Below, one piece after another: positions 20,904 through 28,139 of a stretch of DNA of 39,013 bases. Source of the DNA: Candidatus Micrarchaeota archaeon UBA95 (lineage in GTDB: Archaea > Micrarchaeota > Micrarchaeia > Norongarragalinales > Norongarragalinaceae); contig DALH01000018.1 in assembly GCA_002499405.1 (NCBI GenBank), positions 1-39,013 of the forward strand, given 5' to 3'. The notes beneath the pieces were generated by a model. That model saw only the letters and a program-made list of their open reading frames with translations, was not told the origin of the DNA and did not search any database. The translations under genes were made by a program, and so were the position numbers. Within the stretch, counting starts at the first letter, position 1. Every line of letters starts with the position of its first letter.

Positions 20904-21064
20904 AGCAGGTGAATACGTTCCTTTACGCAATCTGGGCGCTCATAACCACCCTCGCCGGCCAGTTGATTGTCTTGCTCTTTGACGCCCCTCAGTTCGCCCT
21001 CGCCCTGGAATACCAGGTTTACGTCGGCCTAGTGCTCGTAGGCCTATTCATACTTTTTCCTTGA
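20897..21064 (+). CDS. Small two-TM membrane protein (55 aa)
   Basis: Manual translation MLKQVNTFLYAIWALITTLAGQLIVLLFDAPQFALALEYQVYVGLVLVGLFILFP. Fills the gap and overlaps the upstream stop. Confidence 0.65.
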   Translation: MLKQVNTFLYAIWALITTLAGQLIVLLFDAPQFALALEYQVYVGLVLVGLFILFP

Positions 21065-21590
21065 GGCCCGCCCACCACGGCCCCTTCAAGGCCTTGAATT
21101 CAGCCAGCAATTTCTTGGCGGACTCGGTCTTCAACGCTTTTTCAACGCGTTGCATCCAGTCCCCCGCGAGCCGGTAACCCGTTGACTCGTATTCCAACGC
21201 CTGCAACGCGCACTCCAAGTAATCCGCGTCCTTCAACACCGCGCGCTCTTTTTCGTTCAATTCAGTCAATCGCGTTTTTTTGGGCAAGGCACCCCACTGA
21301 TCTTTTTCGGCGCGCGCCTCAGTTTCCACCTTGTTCTTGAAGTAGTTGGAGGCCACTTTGTGCAGGTCGCCGGTCCGCGTCTCGGGCGCATCGTGAAACA
21401 CGGCGTGCGTGCACAGCTTTTCCGCGTCCAAGCCCTCTTCCCTTGCAAGAAAGTAGGCCACGGCCGCGGCGCGCCACGAATGCTCTGCAACGCTCTCCGG
21501 GTCCTTGACGCCGGCGTACCACCAGCCCGTGCGCTTGCTCAACTTCAAGACGCCCAACTCGGACAAAAATCGTGCAACTTTCTTCTTCAT
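21048..21590 (-). CDS. HD-domain hydrolase (YfbR/HDDC2-like)
   Basis: KRTGW...ESVAEHS...HDAPETRTGD...DADYLE. Confidence 0.9.
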   Translation of the reverse strand: MKKKVARFLSELGVLKLSKRTGWWYAGVKDPESVAEHSWRAAAVAYFLAREEGLDAEKLCTHAVFHDAPETRTGDLHKVASNYFKNKVETEARAEKDQWGALPKKTRLTELNEKERAVLKDADYLECALQALEYESTGYRLAGDWMQRVEKALKTESAKKLLAEFKALKGPWWAGLKEKV

Positions 21591-21642
21591 CTCAACACCG
21601 ATAACGGCATCGCGACCAGAAATAAGAAGGTTGCCTTGCGCA

Positions 21643-22308
21643 TCACTTCGTCGTGCGTTTTTTCGGCCATTCAGCAGGTTCAACCTCTCGTGTCCCCCGG
21701 TTTTTGAAGATGCCTTTCAGGTGTTTCCTTGTCCCAAACTTTTTTTCACTGGTTTCCAGAACCAAACACTCTTCAACCATGCCTTTAAACAATTCCCTTG
21801 CATCCGCCAACGAAAAATAATGATACCACGCGTTGTTGCCCCGCCGGAACGTGTCCTCCTCAACGCGGGCGCCCTTGCCGTAACGGAGGTCACCCACCGC
21901 GAAGTCCCGGAACAAGAGGCGGCCGCCCGTTTTCAAGACGCGTCGCGCCTCGGCGACCGCTTTTTTCCGTTCGGCTTCGGACAGGTGGCTGAACACGTGG
22001 CGGGCAACAACGAAGTCAAAGAACCCGTCTTGGAACGGGAGCGAACAGCAATCACAGCAAACTATTTCCGCGTTCGGGCGTTGCTTTCGTGCCAGGGCGC
22101 AGGCGTTCTCGGAAACGTCAATTGCATATAATTCGTCCGCGGAAATGCTTTTCAAGCCCTTGCCGTTCCCGCAACCCAGTTCCAGCACGCGACCGCCCAG
22201 TTCAAGGCGTTCAGCGGGTCCGACCCACAACGCGCCCTGCCTCCCGTACTCTTTTTCCCAAGCGTAGTGGTGCGGCTTGTTCCTCGGGATGTGCGTGTTG
22301 GGATACAC
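21643..22308 (-). CDS. Class I SAM-dependent methyltransferase
   Basis: VLELGCGNGK, LPFQDGFFD, RVLKTGG. Confidence 0.9.
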   Translation of the reverse strand: MYPNTHIPRNKPHHYAWEKEYGRQGALWVGPAERLELGGRVLELGCGNGKGLKSISADELYAIDVSENACALARKQRPNAEIVCCDCCSLPFQDGFFDFVVARHVFSHLSEAERKKAVAEARRVLKTGGRLLFRDFAVGDLRYGKGARVEEDTFRRGNNAWYHYFSLADARELFKGMVEECLVLETSEKKFGTRKHLKGIFKNRGTREVEPAEWPKKRTTK

Positions 22309-22343
22309 GAACCCTTTTTTATTTTAGTCGTTGAAATGCCTTC

Positions 22344-22853
22344 GTGTTTCAAACCCTTTACCTTCCCGAAGCAATGCGCAAGGAGTTGAAGAAGCCGTTC
22401 GGACGGCTCGTCAAAAAACCGCCGAAGACCCTGAAAAAGGAGTTCGTGGTATGCGTGGGCGACGAGTCGTGCCGCGCCCTCTTGAATGCGGGCTTCACGC
22501 CGGAGCTGCAGGTGTTTGATTGCAAGACCAAACGCGCCAAAGCCGAGCCCCTGCCGCCTTCAAAACTCTCGGAACGCGTTTGCAGCAACCCGGCCGGCTC
22601 CATCACCGCCGAGTCGTGGAATGCTTTGAAACGCGCTTTTTCAAGGCCCTCCCGCGTGCGTGTGAACGGCGAAGAAGACCTGCTTGTTTTGCCCTGCGTT
22701 TTGCTGGCGCCGGCCGGCGCCGTCGTGGTTTACGGCCAACCCGGCGAGGGCCTCGTGCTCGTGCGCGCCTCGAAACAGCGAAAGGGCTTCGTTCGTCGCC
22801 TCCTGAAATGCTTTTCAACAACGCCTCCAACGCCTTCCTCAACGCTGGAGTGA
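22344..22853 (+). CDS. GTP-dependent dephospho-CoA kinase (DUF359)
   Basis: LKKPFG, VGD, DCKTKR, NPAGSIT, GEEDLLVLP, YGQPGEG. Confidence 0.9.
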   Translation: MFQTLYLPEAMRKELKKPFGRLVKKPPKTLKKEFVVCVGDESCRALLNAGFTPELQVFDCKTKRAKAEPLPPSKLSERVCSNPAGSITAESWNALKRAFSRPSRVRVNGEEDLLVLPCVLLAPAGAVVVYGQPGEGLVLVRASKQRKGFVRRLLKCFSTTPPTPSSTLE

Positions 22854-23295
22854 CTTTTTCTCCTTGCAAAAACGTTTCCACTTGTTTGGGAGTCAATGAC
22901 TTGAAGCGCGCCACCTCGCAATTGGGCTTCAACTCTTTTTCAGTGATTCCAGTGAAAACAAAGCAGTCCTGATTCTCCTTGTAAGGGTTGTGCCTTGATT
23001 TCTCGCGAACCCTTTTGAACGGCGTCAACGCCGCGCGCACGCCTGCTTCCTCCATCAACTCGCGTTCAGCCGCTTTTTCAACGCGCTCGCCTTTCACGAC
23101 GTGGCCGCTCGCCGTGAAGTCCCACCACAACGGCCAAGTCTCCTTGAGTGCGCTTCTTTGTTGCAGGATGATGCGCCCGTTCTTGAACAACAGCACGCAA
23201 GCAACCCTGTGCCTCAAGCCCTTCAGGTGTGCTTCAAGTTTGTCTGCCCAGCCAACCACGTTTCCCTCGCAATCAATAATTGGGAGGGTCTCCAA
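22603..23295 (-). CDS. Nudix hydrolase (IDI type-1-like fold)
   Basis: HLKGLRHR, LQQRS...WP..WD..ASGH...GE....AA.REL.EEAG. TTG start at 23295 is the likely one. The 3' part overlaps the DPCK gene. Confidence 0.82.
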   Translation of the reverse strand: METLPIIDCEGNVVGWADKLEAHLKGLRHRVACVLLFKNGRIILQQRSALKETWPLWWDFTASGHVVKGERVEKAAERELMEEAGVRAALTPFKRVREKSRHNPYKENQDCFVFTGITEKELKPNCEVARFKSLTPKQVETFLQGEKVTPALRKALEALLKSISGGDERSPFAVSRRARARGPRRVGRKPRRRRPAPAKRRAKQAGLLRRSHARGRALKKRVSKHSTTRR

Positions 23296-23296
23296 T

Positions 23297-23557
23297 TCAC
23301 AACACCGGGGCGGGTAAAACGAGCGAGGCAACTATCACCAACAAGAAGAAGGCCAAGCCGTCGTCCAGGTCCTGCCACATTATTGGGATTGCGAGGGCAA
23401 CGCCCGCAAGCCACAAAGGAGTCGCCCCCACGCTGATCAAGTAGTAAGCGTAAATCATTCCAAGCAAAAAGAAGAACAACAAGACAGAAACGGTTTTCCT
23501 GAGGAGAAAGGAGAAAACGCTTTTCGCGGTGCTGAAAATCTTGTGGCCGAAACCCAT
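23297..23557 (-). CDS. Small membrane protein
   Basis: 86 aa with about three hydrophobic segments. Confidence 0.65.
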   Translation of the reverse strand: MGFGHKIFSTAKSVFSFLLRKTVSVLLFFFLLGMIYAYYLISVGATPLWLAGVALAIPIMWQDLDDGLAFFLLVIVASLVLPAPVL

Positions 23558-23610
23558 ACTGTTTTAATGCGCGTCCCTGTTTTTATTTTGGTAGCGTCGT
23601 GAGGCGAGCG

Positions 23611-23895
23611 ATGAAAATTACAAGAAAACTCGGAGTTGCTATTCCCGTTGCAGCGGCGCTGGCCCTCGGGGGTTTTCACGCCCCACCCAAATACGAGGCG
23701 CCCGCGGAACGACCGCCAATAGTAGAGTTTCAACGGGTTAGACCCGAAAACCGCTTGATTCTTTTGCGAACCCTGCGCGAAGCAGAAGCAAGGCGCTTGC
23801 CTATCAGAGAAGAGCCGCACACGCCCCACAAAAAATTTAAAATAGAGTTTGAACTTCCTAAAGCAGTTCTTAAGGGTCCAAAGGTTAAACGCTAA
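23611..23895 (+). CDS. Hypothetical basic protein with N-terminal hydrophobic segment
   Basis: MKITRKLGVAIPVAAALALGG; fills the gap. Confidence 0.55.
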   Translation: MKITRKLGVAIPVAAALALGGFHAPPKYEAPAERPPIVEFQRVRPENRLILLRTLREAEARRLPIREEPHTPHKKFKIEFELPKAVLKGPKVKR

Positions 23896-24383
23896 TCAAC
23901 GCCCTTCCTGCGCTTGACGCGCCACGTCTCAACCAGCGAACTCCACTCGCTGCCAGCGTGTTGCATTGCCTCGCCAAAACGCTTGCTCAACTTCAACACC
24001 ATGCGGTGCCTCTTGTCTCTTCCCTCTTGCCCCGAGGGATTGACGCGCTCGCGCGCCAGCAAACCAAGACGAATCATCTTGGGAATCACGAGGTTCCGCA
24101 GCGTTGAGTTGGGCACGCCGTTCTCCTGCGCCCAGACCGCAAGTTCGTCCCCGTTAACACTCTCCTTGTCTGACAGGAATGAAACCAGTTTCAACGCAAT
24201 TGAATACTGCGCTTCCTGCAAATCCGGAGGAAAAACAAGTTTCAAAACGTCCTCTTTCTCCCAGCGCGCGCTCCAAGGCATTGGCGGGTTGTTGTAATCC
24301 AAGAGCAGGGCTCTGCGGCTCGAAATACCGCGTGACGCAGGCCCTTCGCCCTTTTCCTTAACCATCACGAGTTCAAACGCCAA
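23892..24383 (-). CDS. Hypothetical winged-helix-like DNA-binding protein
   Basis: ELAVWAQENGVPNSTLRNLVIPKMIRLGLLARER...VLKLS fits an HTH plus wing. The start could instead be the ATG at 24365. Confidence 0.65.
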   Translation of the reverse strand: MAFELVMVKEKGEGPASRGISSRRALLLDYNNPPMPWSARWEKEDVLKLVFPPDLQEAQYSIALKLVSFLSDKESVNGDELAVWAQENGVPNSTLRNLVIPKMIRLGLLARERVNPSGQEGRDKRHRMVLKLSKRFGEAMQHAGSEWSSLVETWRVKRRKGVD

Positions 24384-24431
24384 GCCGATATAATAGCGTT
24401 ATGAGGGAACGCTTCCATTGTTTCCACTGAA

Positions 24432-24451
24432 TTTTTGGCGGTATAGCGCCG
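24432..24451 (+). repeat. 20-bp repeat copy 1 with palindromic core GGCGnTATAnCGCC
   Basis: TTTTTGGCGGTATAGCGCCG; 19/20 identical to 25870-25889. Confidence 0.9.
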
Positions 24452-25031
24452 AACTGGCGAGCTTTGTTCGGAAAAAGAGTTTTCGTGTTAAAACAATCCG
24501 TCAACAACAACCTTTTGTGGCTGCCCAGCTTCAAACAAGGAATTTATGAGGTTATTTGCTGGTTTGAGTTGCTTTGCCTATAATGCGGCTTTTTGGTTTG
24601 GTTGGTTTTTCGCTTAAACTAAAAAGAGTGGGCAGGTTTTTGCGTCAAGCAAAAAATTTGCAAAATTTTTTTCAGTTGAGCTCCGTTATTCCATTAAACA
24701 CCGTATTGGTGTTTTGAATATGCGTTTTTTGACTGGTTTGGCGTTGCATTTTTCATGCGTTTACCGCGTTTTTTCAAAAGTACAAACATACTAAATTATA
24801 TTGTTATGTTGTTTTTATTTTGAGGGTTTTTTAGTGGAAGCACGTCAAAATGATGTAACTGATGCCTGTTCTAACCGCGTTTTGCATTATTTTAGGCAAT
24901 TTGGGGTGTTCGCCCCTGCCCGAGCCGCCCCTTTTTATTATTCAATACTATTTTAACATAACGTTTCCTTGTCTGTGCTCGTGGTCGGGTTCGTTGCGTT
25001 GCCATTATCTTGGTGGTTCGTTTTCTATGTT

Positions 25032-25364
25032 TTATTGTTTTGTTATTGGTTTGAATGTTAGTTTGTGGGCTATTTCTGCAGCGTGTGCAAATACCTCTTC
25101 GTCTGTATAGTGATTGTCCAGAACATGCAATAGCAGGTTGTTTGCAACTTCTTTTCTTTGATTATAATCCGTTTTTTTTCCTAAATTCAGCTCTCCTGCC
25201 TTGATTTTGAGGGCAACATATTTGATTAGGGCTCGTTCTTGATCTCTTGAAAGCGCTTTTTCCGGCTCTACAACCCATTTTTTAACTATTCTGGCACTTG
25301 AAAACAAGTCCTTTTGGCTTATTTCTTGTCCTTCTTCTGCTTCAGGTACGAGTCGGTACGGCAT
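25032..25364 (-). CDS. Hypothetical protein, low GC (110 aa)
   Basis: ATG preceded by a GGTGA Shine-Dalgarno-like site; helical, charged composition. Confidence 0.65.
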   Translation of the reverse strand: MPYRLVPEAEEGQEISQKDLFSSARIVKKWVVEPEKALSRDQERALIKYVALKIKAGELNLGKKTDYNQRKEVANNLLLHVLDNHYTDEEVFAHAAEIAHKLTFKPITKQ

Positions 25365-25381
25365 TATTTCACCACTAAAAC

Positions 25382-25412
25382 CAGGAAAAACACGAATTTA
25401 ATGTTTTTCCTG
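25382..25412. repeat. Perfect 11-bp inverted repeat
   Basis: CAGGAAAAACA-N9-TGTTTTTCCTG just upstream of the 25364 start. Confidence 0.85.
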
Positions 25413-25869
25413 CCTAGTTTTTACTGGAACAACGGGTTTCCACTAGATTTTTTTTGAAGAAACTCTTGAAAACGCTAAAACCTGCCCATTCCTGAATCTT
25501 TTTCACCTTGTTTCACGCTTTTTTTGTGCGGACCGACTTCAAATTCACGCAAACGAGCCGAAAACACGGTTTTTTCGTGGAACCTGCCCGGGTCGGCCCC
25601 AAAATTTTTGAATTCCCAAAATTCTGGTAGTGTAAAAACGAAAATCATTCAAAAAATGCCGTTTTTTGAAAAACCTGCCCACTTCTTCATTTTTGAGTTG
25701 TTTTTGTGCAATATTTTGTTTGCATTTGATTTTCCTGCCCACTCCTCAAACGAAAAGTTTAAAAAGAACGCCCGAAAGTGTCGAAGTTAAAACGCGGAAT
25801 TTTAAGGTTTTAACCGTGTTTTAATTGAGTTTTTTGTTTTGGTTTTGCCCGCCCTTTTCAAGGCACGCG

Positions 25870-25889
25870 TTTTTGGCGGTATAACGCCG
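25870..25889 (+). repeat. 20-bp repeat copy 2 with palindromic core GGCGnTATAnCGCC
   Basis: TTTTTGGCGGTATAACGCCG. Confidence 0.9.
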
Positions 25890-26179
25890 CCCGCCCGTTT
25901 CATTTTTGGTCGCGGAAAACGATTGCGTGTTGCGGCGGTCGAAGTTGATGGATTCGTTGGCGAGCGTGCAACTTAGGCCTGGGGGAGAGGCGGGGGGTTG
26001 AGTTGTTGAGGTGCATGAGCTGGTTGAAAGCAGGAGCTGGCTGTACCTCGCGGCGGGCCTCGCGCGCCCGCGTTTGAAGTCGCTGCGTTTTCAGGTGATA
26101 GAGTTCAGCGCCGCGGTGGGAAGTTGCAGCGCGGTGAGGGGAAATACCCATCTTCTTCAAGATGCGCAGAGGTCTGCGG

Positions 26180-26281
26180 CTAGCATTCGTGTTTTTCCAC
26201 GAACTCGAATTCCTTTTCAGAGGGAGGTGTGCGCTCTTCTTTCACGGGTTCTTTTATGCTGACGATTCGCGGGCGCTTCAT
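26180..26281 (-). CDS. Putative 33-aa peptide coupled to the E2 gene
   Basis: MKRPRIVSIKEPVKEERTPPSEKEFEFVEKHEC; its ATG overlaps the E2 stop (ATGA). Confidence 0.45.
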   Translation of the reverse strand: MKRPRIVSIKEPVKEERTPPSEKEFEFVEKHEC

Positions 26282-26736
26282 AACCCACTCACGATGCGCG
26301 GCTTTCCGGGTTCGGGTTTGTTGCCTTGGTTTTCGTAGTATGCGGCGGCCTCCTTGTTCAACGGGTCCGAGGGGTTCGGGTTTTTTAGCAGGTATTGCAG
26401 GGCGTTGACGACGTTGGTTATTGTTTGGTTTTCCGCCCAGTCGTTCACGAGTTGGATGCATACCTTGCCGTCTTCTTCGCGTATGTTGGGGTGGAATATC
26501 GGGGTGAGCCACGTGATTTCAACGCCGCCGGGGTAGGGATAGTTGCGGTTCAACTCTATTTTGACGGCGTGCTTGTTTTTTTCGAGTACGTGGTCGCCTT
26601 CGCGGTAGAGGCCCGGGCCGTTCAAGCTCAGCACGTATTCCGTGTAATCCGAGTTTACCTCGAATTTGGTTCCAGAGTTCCGCATTTGCTGGTATTCGTT
26701 TTCGAGGCGGCGCTTCCAGATCTGCGGGGGGAGCAT
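26278..26736 (-). CDS. Ubiquitin-conjugating enzyme E2 (UBC fold)
   Basis: KRRLENEY, NYPY, TPIFHPNI, GKVC (catalytic Cys), W, LLKNPNPSDPLNKEAA. Confidence 0.95.
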   Translation of the reverse strand: MLPPQIWKRRLENEYQQMRNSGTKFEVNSDYTEYVLSLNGPGLYREGDHVLEKNKHAVKIELNRNYPYPGGVEITWLTPIFHPNIREEDGKVCIQLVNDWAENQTITNVVNALQYLLKNPNPSDPLNKEAAAYYENQGNKPEPGKPRIVSGL

Positions 26737-26979
26737 TCAGCCACCCGTAGGGTCGGGAATCAACAACAGTTCTTGGTTCTCCTTGATTTCGGCTTCTTCC
26801 AGAGTCATGTCGGGGTTTAGTATTTTGTTTTCCTTGGTTGCCAGAACGAAGCGGTCCTTCAAGTGAAGGTTTTCGGCGAGTACTTCCAGCACCGAGGAAA
26901 CCGAGTAGTCCCCTTCAACCGCCAGTATGATTTCCTTTCCAGACGTGGTTTGGGTTACCTTGATGTTGAATTCGCTCAT
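26737..26979 (-). CDS. Ubiquitin-like protein (80 aa) ending in Gly-Gly
   Basis: IKVTQTTSGKEIILAVE...SVLEVLA...KILNPDMTLEEAEIKENQELLL...PTGG-stop parallels ubiquitin's GKTITLEV and TLSDYNIQKESTLHL. Directly abuts the E2 gene. Confidence 0.88.
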   Translation of the reverse strand: MSEFNIKVTQTTSGKEIILAVEGDYSVSSVLEVLAENLHLKDRFVLATKENKILNPDMTLEEAEIKENQELLLIPDPTGG

Positions 26980-27015
26980 ACGTTTTTTAAGGTCAAGAGA
27001 TTAATATTCCTTGTT

Positions 27016-27702
27016 ATGGCCGACGACGAAATGCAGGAAATTCGGGGCAAGAAAGAGCCGCGGCCGCCGGTCGGAACCAACGTTGAAGAAGACGGGGAAA
27101 GGGTTTCACAGGAGGAGTCGGTCGAGGAAATGAAACCAGTTCAGGCGCCAGTACAGGAATTCCCGCCCAAAAAAAGTCGGGAAGCGCGGTCGGAGCAGGA
27201 GTTGGAGGCAAGCGACTTCTCGGATTTGCCGGGCAAAGACGTTTCAGGCGCAAAGCCGACCCGGGACGAACAGTTGCCTTCGCCGCCCAAGCCGCCGGCG
27301 CAGGAAGCGCTGCAGGAAAAATCATCCGAAGAAAAAATCGCGGAAATTGAGGAATCGCCCGCCGAGGAAACCGGAGAACCCTCCGAGGAAGATGAGTCCC
27401 TGCAGGAAGTGAAGCCGCCGGATGAATTAAAGGAGTTGCGGGAATCCGAACAGGAAGCGCAGGAGTTGTTGGAGGATGACTCCAAGCCGCGTTATATGCG
27501 GTTTCACGAGCGGGCGCGGCAAAGCACTTTTCCGGGGAGCGCCGAGCAGGCGAAAAAAGACATCACGCCGGTTTCAAGCGAGCCGCAAATAACCACGGAA
27601 CAACGCGTTAACCAGGCAATAGAGTTGCACAAGGCGCAACAAAAGGAAGGATTATTCTCCAAGTTGTTGAGTCCCATAAAACGCAAGCTCGGGTTCACGT
27701 GA
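27016..27702 (+). CDS. Acidic, Glu/Pro-rich low-complexity protein with C-terminal amphipathic helix
   Basis: ATG at 27016; E/P/S/K-rich; ends GLFSKLLSPIKRKLGFT; coupled to the JAMM gene. Confidence 0.75.
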   Translation: MADDEMQEIRGKKEPRPPVGTNVEEDGERVSQEESVEEMKPVQAPVQEFPPKKSREARSEQELEASDFSDLPGKDVSGAKPTRDEQLPSPPKPPAQEALQEKSSEEKIAEIEESPAEETGEPSEEDESLQEVKPPDELKELRESEQEAQELLEDDSKPRYMRFHERARQSTFPGSAEQAKKDITPVSSEPQITTEQRVNQAIELHKAQQKEGLFSKLLSPIKRKLGFT

Positions 27703-28139
27703 TGTACTCCGCCTACTTTTTTCAAGCCGCCTTGGAGGAGGCGCGCAGGCATTTCCTTGCAGCCGCCGAAAAAGGCGTGGAAGCAATCGGGTTGTTTGCG
27801 GGCCGGGTTTATAGTTTTCAAGGCAGGGATTACCTGGTTGCCGAGGAGTACGTGACCGAGGAAAATGATTCCTCGGCTTTGCACACGCGTTTCGCGCGCG
27901 AAGCGTTCAAGGGGCTGGCCAAGAAGTATTCGGGAAAACCGTTCGTTGTATGGGCGCACTCGCACCCGAATTACGGGTGCTTCATGTCTTCGCAGGACTT
28001 GGCGGCGCACAACTCGTTCTTCAACGAGCCGTACCACCTCGCGCTGGTGGTGGACCCGGTGCGCGGAGAGGAAAAACTGTTTAAGGTTGAAGGAGAAGAA
28101 TTTTATCCGGTGCCGTACGCGGTGGTGAAAAAGAAGTGA
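27699..28139 (+). CDS. JAMM/MPN+ metalloprotease (Rpn11-like)
   Basis: EAIGL...WAHSHPNYGCFMSSQD...ALVVDP matches E-xn-HxH-x7-S-x2-D. Confidence 0.93.
   Translation: MMYSAYFFQAALEEARRHFLAAAEKGVEAIGLFAGRVYSFQGRDYLVAEEYVTEENDSSALHTRFAREAFKGLAKKYSGKPFVVWAHSHPNYGCFMSSQDLAAHNSFFNEPYHLALVVDPVRGEEKLFKVEGEEFYPVPYAVVKKK

Larger units (their letters stand above)
24627..25744. repeat. Dispersed CCTGCCC(ACT) motif family
   Basis: AAAAACCTGCCCACT at 25669-25683 with its exact inverse at 24627-24641. Further cores at 24915, 25481, 25583 and 25734. Confidence 0.85.
24400..25895. other. Candidate replication origin (AT-rich repeat region)
   Basis: Largest mostly non-coding stretch in the window; ORB-like TTCCA(C/G)T motifs; CCTGCCC repeats; apparent switch from C-rich to G-rich on the + strand. 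Confidence 0.6.

Noticed and set aside
22603..23295. Type-1 isopentenyl-diphosphate isomerase
   Set aside because: The catalytic Cys motif (CCSHP/CCGHP) reads ASGHV, so it is kept as a generic Nudix hydrolase.
25524..25790. Short ORFs in the AT-rich region (24862-25110, 25524-25790, 25545-25742)
   Set aside because: Their composition mirrors the T/A tracts, they cross the repeat motifs, and they show no protein-like features.
24400..25895. CRISPR array in the repeat region
   Set aside because: Repeats are short, irregularly spaced and in mixed orientation, and no cas genes are present.
25920..26185. SRP RNA or RNase P RNA
   Set aside because: I could not find the SRP helix-8 motif or the RNase P P4 consensus on either strand.
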